A model generated the notes under the pieces. It was not told where the DNA came from, made no database searches, and saw nothing but the letters and a program-made list of their open reading frames with translations. Positions 1 to 8,631 of a DNA stretch of 26,799 bases are shown here, piece by piece. Position 1 is the stretch's first letter. Each line of letters opens with the position of its first letter. The stretch is from Amoebophrya sp. A120. Taxonomy: Eukaryota; Protista; Dinoflagellata. The stretch is from assembly GCA_905178155.1 (NCBI GenBank), contig CAJINV010000018.1, positions 1,247,562 through 1,274,360 of the forward strand, given 5' to 3'. The position numbers and the translations under genes were made by a program.

Positions 1-1
1 G

Positions 2-238
2 TGGTCGGACTGGTTTCGCGGCCACCTCAACAACGGTTATCAGCTTTTGTACACCGGCACGGGGAACGGGAACCGCGGACCCGGCGGGGGAACGCACTGC
101 GGCTTGGGCGACCGGTGCTACTTCTTCATCAAGTACGGAAACTGCAAGAAGATCCACACAGCGGCCGAGAAGGAGACTTTGCGCAAGAAGCGGGCCGAGT
201 ACGTCGCCAAATTTGGCGAGAACAAGAATCCCCCGTGA
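2..238 (+). CDS. gag: C-terminal end of retrotransposon Gag-like ORF with Cys/His zinc-finger motif (5' truncated by window edge)
   Basis: Frame is open from position 2 (WSDWFRGHLNNGYQLLYTG...) to TGA 236-238. Contains C-x5-C-x8-C-x3-H (CGLGDRCYFFIKYGNCKKIH). Lies directly upstream of, and in the same frame as, pol. Confidence 0.65.
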   Translation, partial: WSDWFRGHLNNGYQLLYTGTGNGNRGPGGGTHCGLGDRCYFFIKYGNCKKIHTAAEKETLRKKRAEYVAKFGENKNPP

Positions 239-3200
239 CTATCTAGTGGAAACACGAAACGCAGCAGCCGGAAAGAAAACAGCACAGCCACGCGCCGCGA
301 CGTGGCTCCGGCCTGTGCTGCAAAAGATTTTGATGTGAATTCTGCACGACCTGTTCCTTCCCCATGTACAGTTTTCGTTCCACCTTCCAGACCTACAGCG
401 CGCGGCACTTTGCCGCAAGCAAAAACAAGCACTACCAGCACTACCACTACGTCTTCCTCCTCCGAAAGCCTTTTGCAGACGGACGGGAAGAAGATTTCGA
501 CCAAGCGGTCCGGCAGCCTTTTGCAGCCGGAGCGCAACCATGAAGACCGGGAATCGGAGGCAGCTACCGCAGCGGGTAGCGAGCAAGACAAGCAGACGCC
601 AACCGATTTCGGGTCGACTTTGATGATGAAGAACGCATGCAAAAATGAGTGTGAATCTCGTGCAAAAATCCAAAACGTACAGACCAGCACTACCACGGGC
701 AGCAGCGCAGCCGTGGAACGACTAAAACTGGTATACCTTAGCCGGGGCGCCGACCTGGTTACCGCAACACTTTTCGCCTGTTTCGACACTGGGGCAAGCT
801 CACTGGTGTTTCCGGAGGACGGGGCGAATGAACTCGGAGCACAGGTCGTTCAAACCGGACCGAAAAAGACGTGGGAGACGGCCAAGGGAGCAATAGCGGA
901 TTTGGGGTTTTCCAACATTGCGATGCGGCACAGGAAAACGGACGGACGGTGGACCGCGTGGCGACCCGGGTGCTGGCGAGTGCTCCCGGGGCGGTTCCAC
1001 CCTTTGGTGGGTCGAAGCTTTCAGCGGCAGCTAGGGTTCCGCAACGAAACTAGCAACAGCGGGGAGATGCTAGTATTGGCGGGCGATCACCTCCGGGTGA
1101 ACAGTGCGGAGGACATTCTTCTGGTGGAGACAGAGTTCCGGCCCGCAAGCCCGCGGGAACAGGTTTTCTCGATCTTCCTTAGCGGGTTCCTGACCGGCCC
1201 CCAGCCGAAGTCGATCGCCGAGCTTTTTGAACGTTTTCCGCGAATCACGAGGGAGCGCAAAGAGTGGCTAGTGCGGTTGCACTACAACGGCGGCCACTTT
1301 GCGACCCTTGGGGAGAAGATCAAGGACGCTGCAGAGCGGGAATTTTTCGAAGGAATCCGAAAATACGACCTGTGCGAGGAGTGCGCCACCTTCGACAAAA
1401 CGCGCGACATCCTCCACCCGGTGGGGTTTAGCCAGTTCGCAGCACGGCCCCGCCTTCTAGTCGGGGGCGACGCCGTTAGCACCGCCCTTGGGGTGGTCTA
1501 TCACATGTTCGATTTCGGTGCACAGAAGCGGGTCTTGCACCTGATCGACCACCACTTGCCGGAGAAGACGGGCGCGAATTCCGCAAAGCCACCGCCGCAG
1601 GTTCCGGCCGCTCTGCACCGCTTCAAGAGCCGCGCCGGGGGGTTCCCCACTTGCTTCATTTACGACGAGAAAACGGACCAGATCAATGCAGAAGTGGAGG
1701 AGTTCTTGTTGGAGAGTGACATAATTGGCCTGCCCATCCCGTTCAAGTCGCCGCACATGATCGGGAAGGAGGAACGGGCGCACGCGAAGTTCAATAAAAG
1801 TCTGAACAAAATTTTGTTGCTGACCGGGGGGACCAAGATCGCGCTTTTGGAACAGATTGTCGGCCTGCGGGGTGTTTCCAAGGCTATTGCGGATTTCGCG
1901 GACACGGTGTACAACTCGAAGAAGGTCGACGCGGACCAGTTCGAGCTGAAGGAAAAGCTTTTGGACTACTGCGAGGAGTTGTTGAATTCCTGCCCGGGGG
2001 CGCATGGTACATGCTACAGCCCCAACAACCTCGCCCACGGCCACTGCGAGGGCAACGACGACCGGGGGTCGCGCTACATCCTGCAACAGTTCGGGTCGGC
2101 TTTGCAGGAGCAGAAAAAGGCGATGATCGAGGTGCAGTGGAAGGAGATGTTGAGTCGGGTTCGCCGTTTCAACCGCGGATACAAACTGAGCCGCTCCATC
2201 ACGAACATTTCCGAACTAAGGCCGGGCGACACGGTTCGCATTTTGCGGGCCCACGGCAAACAGTCGGAGAACTGGCACGGGGGGAAGGCGCACTGGAGAC
2301 AGACCGGAACGTGCGTTGGGGTGGATCCCCTCAAGGGCGAGGCTTTGGTGAGGCCTTCAGGCAGCAACAAAATTCTTCCCTACCGGGCCGCCCAGGTGAA
2401 GAAATTCGTGATGAGCGCAGAAGAGATTCAGCCCGGGAGACCTTTGGCCGACTACATGACCGCCCCCATTGAGTTCCACCCGCTTCCAGGAATTTCATCG
2501 CCTGAAGACCGCAAGCAACAAGTTTCCGCACCGGGGGCGGTCGGGACAGGCGAAGAAAAGAAGACCACAACTTCCGGGAACAACAGCAAGCTACCAGTCG
2601 CAGCAGCGGCAGAACCGACGTTCCAGCCGCCGCGCAAAATCATAAAGGAGGAACGAAAGCGGGGCCGCCCGCCAAAGCCAAAGCCAGCGTCTACCGTGCA
2701 ACCACTCGAACCTCCGCGACCACCACCAGAAGCAGTTCCGCAGCAAGCTGAGGCGGCCGGCCAGAAGAGAAGCGCGCAGGACCTTCTCGAGGAGGAAATT
2801 TTTGGGTCGCCCATTCCCGCGGAGCCAGCTAGCAAAGCCAGAAGACTGCTGATGACGAGTTGCGACGCGCTCTTCACGCGCGACAAATCTTCACCGGAAA
2901 CAAAAATAGATGACCGCGGCGCGGCTTTTTCCACCTTCAACATCTCCAACGGACCAGTTTACAACTGCGAACTAACCGAGGCGGCACAAGCGTTTGTTGC
3001 GCAAACCAGCACGAAACGAGCGCGGGTGGAGGAGGAAGATGACAAGTTGTTCTTGGTCGAAGCGGACCCGGTGGAGCGCGATCCGGTGCTACGGACGGCG
3101 GGGGACTGGGAGAACCAGCTGAGGGCCATCGAAAGCAACACAAACTTCCTGCAGGACCTGATCACCCAGCGCGGCCGCCAAACAGTCTTCAAGTCATCCT

Positions 3201-5374
3201 TTCGCGATCCGGTAGTAGCGGAAATAAACAAAATCCTAAACGGGCGACCGGTTTCAGGGACGGCGGCGGGCTTCGGGGGTGATGTTTACGTGGTTGAAGC
3301 GAAGGTGTTTCGCAAGGGCTGCCAAGTTCCACCAACTCTTCGCGGGTACGACCAGGCCTTCCGCTTCGGGCACCAAACCCCGTTCCAAGTTTTCGACCCG
3401 AGCCAGGACAGGCCACAGCGGGAAGACCTTCACTTGTTTTTGAAAATCGAGCAGCCGCGGGAGGTGAACTGGGAAGCAGTGACGCCAAACGGGTGCAGCG
3501 TCGAGCTGACGATGGCGCAGATAGACAAATACGGCCTGTGGCACCTGGTGGACGAAGCAAGGGCGGCGGAGGTCAAGGGAATCCAGGCCCTTGGGGTTTT
3601 CGACATGGGCAGCCAGCAAGACGACAGGCCGGCCGGGGCCTCTGTGGTGGCGAGCCGGATCGTCTTCACTTTGAAGTTCAATTCCGGGAAATTTGTCAAG
3701 GCCAAGATGCGGTGGTGCGCGAAGGGCTTCATGGATTCCCGCTTGGAGGGCGGGAAGTTGGAGAAGCGTTGCCACACCCTCTGCGACAGTTCCCTGCTGG
3801 TGATTTTGCACTGGCTAAGCAAGCACAACAAGCTGGCAAACATCGCGGACATCAGCCAGGCTTTTTTGCGCGGGGACCTTTTGCTCGACCCCGTCTGGCT
3901 GGAGATCCCCACCGCGATCCAAGGCAACACGGCTTTCGGCTTCCAGGCGAAGTACATAAAGCTTCGCCGCTGCTTGTACGGGCTTGCGGATGCCCCTTTA
4001 GCGTGGCAAAAAGTTCTTTTTAGGAGCTTGAAAGAAGCAGGGTGGCGGCAGGACCTGCAAGACCCGTGCTTGTGGTACTTCCCCAAGGAGAAAGCAGAAC
4101 CAGCAGCGGCAGACGAGAAACGAACCACCGGAACCGAAGCCGGGCCAGAGGAGACGCCCGCGGAGCCAAGTGGCGACGAGGAGAGGAGAAACGCAAACCC
4201 GCTGCTGCGCAGCAGCATCGACGACCCCTTGCTCGAGGAGCAAGAAATAGAGGGGATTTTGGGTGTTCACGTGGATGACACCATCTACGGCGGGTCGCAG
4301 CGCGCACACGAAAGTTTGGAAAAGGTCTTCGAACAGTTCCCGCCAGGAAGCCGGACCTGCCTGCAGCCGGGGGACAGCGACAATTTCTGCGGCCGCTCCA
4401 TCAAATGCACCAAGCACGGCGAGTTGCTGCCAGAGGAGAAAAAGAAAAACGGTTTCGAGCTGAAAGAGGGGGAGAAGATCGTCGCGGGCGCGGATTCGGA
4501 CTGCGCGTTGGCGTTCGAAGTCGGGCAACAATCTTTCATCCGAACCATGTCCCCGATCACCGAAGACGAAGTACAGAAATTCTTCGCAAACAGAAGGAGA
4601 AAATCGCCGCTGCGGAGGGCGATCGGGGAGCTTATGTGGGTCACAAAATGCCAGGTGAGTTTTGTGGCCAACATTTGCATCCTCGCCGGCATGGTGAACG
4701 ACGAAGCGGAGGAAGAGGAGTACAGCGCGCTAGTGGCGGAGGTTAATGACTTGATCGGGCAAGTCAAGGAGCACGCGGGCGACGCCATACACATCCGACC
4801 AACTTCCCAAGCCCCAGATGTAATTCTTGGCTTGGTAGACGCGTCGCTGGTGCCGCGGCTCGGTGCGCTAGTGTGCTTGCTGAACAAAGAGAAGGCTGCT
4901 GCGGGACAGGGCGAGGACGGGAAACAAGAGTTGGTCTACAACATGATTACGCACTACAGCTCCAAACCTTCCAGAGTTTTTAGCAGTTCCACAAGTGCGG
5001 AACTGCTTGCCATCCGCCTGATCATCAGCGAGCTTTTGTACTTTCGCGGAATTTGTGTTTCCGCTGGCCTCACCCTGTCGGTGCAGCCGCTGGTGATCTG
5101 CACCGACTCCAACAACATCGTCCGCAGCAGCAGCAGCACCATGATCCGGGCACCTAGTGAACGCAATTTGCGGGCGGACTACAACTTTATTTCGCGGCTC
5201 ATCCAGGACGGCGACTTGCTGTTGTGGCATATCAAGGGCGCGGCGAACCCGAGCGATATATTGACGAAGCAGGTGGAAAAATGCAACCTGGAGATGGTTC
5301 GGGAGTTTTTGCAGCACCACAAAGCGCAGTTTGCGCTTCCGCCGGAGGTGCTGTGCATGCTGGGGGACGGTTGA
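239..5374 (+). CDS. pol: Ty1/copia-type Pol polyprotein (aspartic protease, integrase, reverse transcriptase, RNase H)
   Basis: Uninterrupted frame from 239 to 5374. Protease FDTGA (~785); integrase H-x4-H...CEEC and D(GGDA)...D(IYDE)-x35-E(KEER); RT ADISQAFL, LYGLADAP and HVDD (4268-4279); RNase H LVDAS, STSAELLA, CTDS, NPSDILTK. The order PR-IN-RT-RH is diagnostic of Ty1/copia. Confidence 0.95.
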   Translation, partial: LSSGNTKRSSRKENSTATRRDVAPACAAKDFDVNSARPVPSPCTVFVPPSRPTARGTLPQAKTSTTSTTTTSSSSESLLQTDGKKISTKRSGSLLQPERNHEDRESEAATAAGSEQDKQTPTDFGSTLMMKNACKNECESRAKIQNVQTSTTTGSSAAVERLKLVYLSRGADLVTATLFACFDTGASSLVFPEDGANELGAQVVQTGPKKTWETAKGAIADLGFSNIAMRHRKTDGRWTAWRPGCWRVLPGRFHPLVGRSFQRQLGFRNETSNSGEMLVLAGDHLRVNSAEDILLVETEFRPASPREQVFSIFLSGFLTGPQPKSIAELFERFPRITRERKEWLVRLHYNGGHFATLGEKIKDAAEREFFEGIRKYDLCEECATFDKTRDILHPVGFSQFAARPRLLVGGDAVSTALGVVYHMFDFGAQKRVLHLIDHHLPEKTGANSAKPPPQVPAALHRFKSRAGGFPTCFIYDEKTDQINAEVEEFLLESDIIGLPIPFKSPHMIGKEERAHAKFNKSLNKILLLTGGTKIALLEQIVGLRGVSKAIADFADTVYNSKKVDADQFELKEKLLDYCEELLNSCPGAHGTCYSPNNLAHGHCEGNDDRGSRYILQQFGSALQEQKKAMIEVQWKEMLSRVRRFNRGYKLSRSITNISELRPGDTVRILRAHGKQSENWHGGKAHWRQTGTCVGVDPLKGEALVRPSGSNKILPYRAAQVKKFVMSAEEIQPGRPLADYMTAPIEFHPLPGISSPEDRKQQVSAPGAVGTGEEKKTTTSGNNSKLPVAAAAEPTFQPPRKIIKEERKRGRPPKPKPASTVQPLEPPRPPPEAVPQQAEAAGQKRSAQDLLEEEIFGSPIPAEPASKARRLLMTSCDALFTRDKSSPETKIDDRGAAFSTFNISNGPVYNCELTEAAQAFVAQTSTKRARVEEEDDKLFLVEADPVERDPVLRTAGDWENQLRAIESNTNFLQDLITQRGRQTVFKSSFRDPVVAEINKILNGRPVSGTAAGFGGDVYVVEAKVFRKGCQVPPTLRGYDQAFRFGHQTPFQVFDPSQDRPQREDLHLFLKIEQPREVNWEAVTPNGCSVELTMAQIDKYGLWHLVDEARAAEVKGIQALGVFDMGSQQDDRPAGASVVASRIVFTLKFNSGKFVKAKMRWCAKGFMDSRLEGGKLEKRCHTLCDSSLLVILHWLSKHNKLANIADISQAFLRGDLLLDPVWLEIPTAIQGNTAFGFQAKYIKLRRCLYGLADAPLAWQKVLFRSLKEAGWRQDLQDPCLWYFPKEKAEPAAADEKRTTGTEAGPEETPAEPSGDEERRNANPLLRSSIDDPLLEEQEIEGILGVHVDDTIYGGSQRAHESLEKVFEQFPPGSRTCLQPGDSDNFCGRSIKCTKHGELLPEEKKKNGFELKEGEKIVAGADSDCALAFEVGQQSFIRTMSPITEDEVQKFFANRRRKSPLRRAIGELMWVTKCQVSFVANICILAGMVNDEAEEEEYSALVAEVNDLIGQVKEHAGDAIHIRPTSQAPDVILGLVDASLVPRLGALVCLLNKEKAAAGQGEDGKQELVYNMITHYSSKPSRVFSSSTSAELLAIRLIISELLYFRGICVSAGLTLSVQPLVICTDSNNIVRSSSSTMIRAPSERNLRADYNFISRLIQDGDLLLWHIKGAANPSDILTKQVEKCNLEMVREFLQHHKAQFALPPEVLCMLGDG

Positions 5375-6443
5375 ATTTTATAACCCGAACCGCCGGCCGG
5401 GGAGGCCGTCGCGGTTTTGTTTCTCTTTTTGGCTGTTGAGTGTCCGCGGAAGCTCCACAACTATGAGCTCAACTTCAAGTAAGATTTTTAGTAAAAAAAA
5501 AAACCCTTCGCGCGACCTGAATCGCGCGAAAAGCAGCTGACAGCTTAACCCGCGGCACCTTGTAGCTCTATCGGTTTTCAAATATAATCATGTTGCATTT
5601 TTCAACTTCCAACTTCGGTTTTATTTTTGTATGATATCTACCAGACATAGTGCGAAACTCGCGTTCTCAGGCTTACAGAGCACCTTCCAGCCAGGTCCTC
5701 GACCACTATAAAAACCTTCTCTTTCGTTTCGTCGCCTCATGTAAGATTTCAGAAAAAGTAATCTAAATCTCGTTTCTACTGCCGCAAGACCTTTTTCATT
5801 TTGTAGAAAAAGTTCCAGAAAAATGAACTACTTCTTCTTTATTTCTCCTTCCTGTTCTCCTCCAGACACGGCGAGAACAGGAGTTTTGTACCTTTCAGAA
5901 CTAATCCAGAAAAATGAAGTTTTCCATGCTGTTTCGCACTTCGTTATCGTTTCTTTGTACTTTTGGCATTGCACTCTTCACATGAGGTTCTCGGTCTTCT
6001 ACATGACTTTGCACTCAGGCACTTTCTCCAATCTGTCATGCTCTTTTGTACAAAACTCTCTAGGTTCGATGTCTTCTAGCAAAAAAATATCGTCGTGTAC
6101 AATTTCAAAAAAAACTCTATCTCCGTGTACAGTTTACACCTTCGTCTGTCGGCATCTCTTCCCGCTAAGGAAGCTAGTTTCGTGGTCACCGTTTCGAGGT
6201 CAACTGTTTTTATCTTGTGGTGATAGGTTTCACCATCTCGTGGTCAATTTTTCGAGGACAAAAAAAAACTAGTATACTGCTATCGAGGACACGGGGTGCA
6301 AGGGCACCAAGTACGAGGACACAAGCAGGTGCCAGGGCACCTATTTCGGGGACACAAAGAAAACGTCTCTTCCGCTCCTGGCCCATACGACAATAGGTTT
6401 ACTACTTTTTCCTTTTTGCTCCAGCGCAAAAAAACTTATTTTT

Positions 6444-6454
6444 GAGAAGGGGGG
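6444..6454 (+). other. Polypurine tract (plus-strand primer) of the copia element
   Basis: GAGAAGGGGGG preceded by a T-run and immediately followed by TGTAAC, the canonical PPT/LTR junction. Confidence 0.8.
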
Positions 6455-6844
6455 TGTAACAATTGTGGTGTTGGTGGGGTGCACACCACCAGCGCCACAA
6501 ACTGTGATGCCTGCGCCTGTAAGTAGATCGTAGATTTTACAGCGTTAAGCCAGTCGCGTCGTACTTAGCCTTCTAGGGTCGTAGTCGTATGCCAGGAGTG
6601 GGGGGAGAGAATCGGAAGGCACAAGAGAGAACTCCGTGTGGTAAGATCGTACTCAGGTCGTAGCTCGTGGATGTCCGCATGCTGGCACACAAGGAAGAAC
6701 TTCATGCACAATGTGACTGCACTGGGGTGCTCTTTAGGTTGGTTCTACTATCTCGAGTTCCGGACGAAGGTCGTCTGGTGGTTCTGCCGCATCTGGGAAG
6801 CGTGTTCCTAGTGCGTTGCTAAGATAGTTCGATGCTATTTAACA
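6455..6844 (+). repeat. Putative 3' LTR (~390 bp)
   Basis: Starts TGT right after the PPT. Candidate end ...TTTAACA at 6844, shortly before the sequence becomes AT-rich. The second LTR is not in the window, so the end and TSD cannot be confirmed. Confidence 0.55.
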
Positions 6845-7159
6845 GCCGTGTTTGCCGGGTATTCCATAAGAAAAATCCCCTCCTTTGTCCAAATTTTTCT
6901 GTGTTTTTGTGGAGATCAAAAATTTTGAAAAATTATTGACGTGGTGAATCCCAGGTAAAATACAATGAAAATTATGCAGGTGGGCAGTGTTAGATGTCAG
7001 CCCGCCATCTCTTTCCATCTGTAAGAGTTTACTGAATTCATTGGGTCGGTCTTTGAGTAATTTTACAAAAAGGCACAGATTGTATAAAATTTCTGATGTT
7101 GTAAATACCCTTAGGAATAAGATTGAAGGATATATGTGAAATGCAAAAGATGCATGCTT

Positions 7160-8500
7160 TTAAGCGCTGTCGTCATCTCCTGACTCAGAAAAGGCTGGGG
7201 CTTCCGCCTTTTGTGTAATTTTCTGAAATCGCGAAACGATTGGGCCATGCTCCCCCCCCCCCGAGGCTTGGGCCATCTTATCTTTTAGGGTGGCGATTGG
7301 CCTCCGTCGATCGAGAAGGAGCGCACGCCCCGCCGTGGCTCCCTTTCCATATCCTATCCCATGCGGGAACGGCATGCCTGGCCCGCATGGTGCGCAAACA
7401 CTTACAGCGCGAATTCGCACCAATCGCGTCTCTTATGCGGACGGCTTTGGGCACCTGCGCCGATGAATTGGGTGCGCAAAAGCATAGACGCTGCGCCCTA
7501 TCGTCGCGCTTCATCGGGGCCCGACGCCGGTTCTTCCCGCGCGAGCCGGCGCTGGTTATGCAGTGGCCCGATGGCGCAAAAGGGCCGCGGCGTTGCCGGC
7601 AAGTTCGCCAAGCGACCGCGGGCGGACTTTCGCAGGCGGGGCGGGTAGCCGCGTCGAAAGGTCGCCCGCGCGGGCGCTCCCCGAGGCTGTGCGCTGCTTC
7701 CGCGCCGGATCGTCTCGGGCGAGCGCGATCGGGGCGGGTCCCGGCCGGCGCGGCGGCCCGCGGCGGTTCCCCGCCCCGCGGTTAGAGTTTCCGGAACCCC
7801 GATGCGAGCAAGTCTTTAGCCCCCCGGCGATGCGCCCAGAGCGTGACGCCCGCGGGCGGCTGTGCCTTGCGCCCCCCGCCCCCTCAACAGCACCGCCGCG
7901 CGCGATTGCGCGGGGCGGAGGCAGCTCGTCGGACGGCGTCGCGTTTGCCTCCCCTGGTGCCGCGCCTCTAGGGCGCGGGCCGGCTCGTTTCTTTCCCGCG
8001 CCTTTGCCCGCCGCCGGGCCCGACGAGGCGGCAAGGCCCGGCTTGGCAAGGCACAATCTCGCGCGATGAACTCGGCTACGTCGCACGACAAGGCTACGAG
8101 AGCCGCAGTTTTTCGCGCCGGTGTTCGTTTGCTAGATCGGTCGCGGCCCCGGACGGCCACGCCACCCTTCCCTGCGCCGCGGCAGCCCGAGTTCCTGACT
8201 TGTTTGTTCGTGTTCCTGCTTTGGGCCCAGCTTTGGACAAGCAAACGATCCGGCAATCGAGGGAAAGCCATTTCGTACGTGGCCCACCTATTTTCCAGAT
8301 CCACCTAGAATCGTCAGGTCCAAGGCATCAATGCAGCAGCGCTCGGCCGGATGCGAAATCCTATGGCGCGTCGCTTGTTCATCCTTCCTAGCGGCAGGTT
8401 GCGCTGCGCTAGGGTGAGTGGATAAACGTATGCAGAAAAGTAGTTGACACTCCGCTCGGTGTAGCAAGCCAGCCCACGACCGGGCTGCTACAGTGCTGTT
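7160..8500 (-). pseudogene. Possible highly degenerate copia RT-connection/RNase H relic, very GC-rich
   Basis: Minus-strand peptides in different frames are collinear with copia motifs: KTAALVALSCDVAEFIA (cf. KQxxVALSTAEAEYIA), LAGNAAAL (cf. xxDNxAAI), LCFCAPNSSAQVPKAV (cf. NxADxLTK). Similarity judged by eye and weak. Confidence 0.35.
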
Positions 8501-8631
8501 ATTACCGAGGTTCTTTGCACGGGAGACGGTTCTACTGCGGCCGATAATCGTCGACAATTGCGAAGAGGAAAAAGAAGAGAAATTTGTCCACGTCGATCCC
8601 TCGCTTGTTTTATCACGGCACCCCAACTACG

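Larger units (their letters stand above)
1..6844 (+). mobile_element. Ty1/copia LTR retrotransposon, 3' portion (5' LTR lies outside the window)
   Basis: gag-pol ORFs, ~1.07 kb non-coding 3' region, polypurine tract followed by TG-initiated LTR. The right boundary is tentative. Confidence 0.85.

Noticed and set aside
239-5374. Copia integrase as the mobiliser of the introners (both associated with 5-bp duplications)
   Set aside because: Introner ends are TAT...ATA rather than TG...CA and lack LTR, PBS and PPT features. No sequence link is visible in this window.
118-5460. Many minus-strand and alternate-frame ORFs overlapping gag-pol
   Set aside because: Shadow ORFs of a GC-rich coding region, with no recognisable motifs.
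5823-6272. 149-aa ORF between pol and the LTR as an env-like or extra gene
   Set aside because: Phe/Ser-rich translation of T-rich sequence with no recognisable domain. Not excluded, but unsupported.
7240-8308. Several 150-180 aa ORFs on both strands
   Set aside because: Explained by stop-codon scarcity in extreme GC content; low-complexity Ala/Arg/Pro/Gly.
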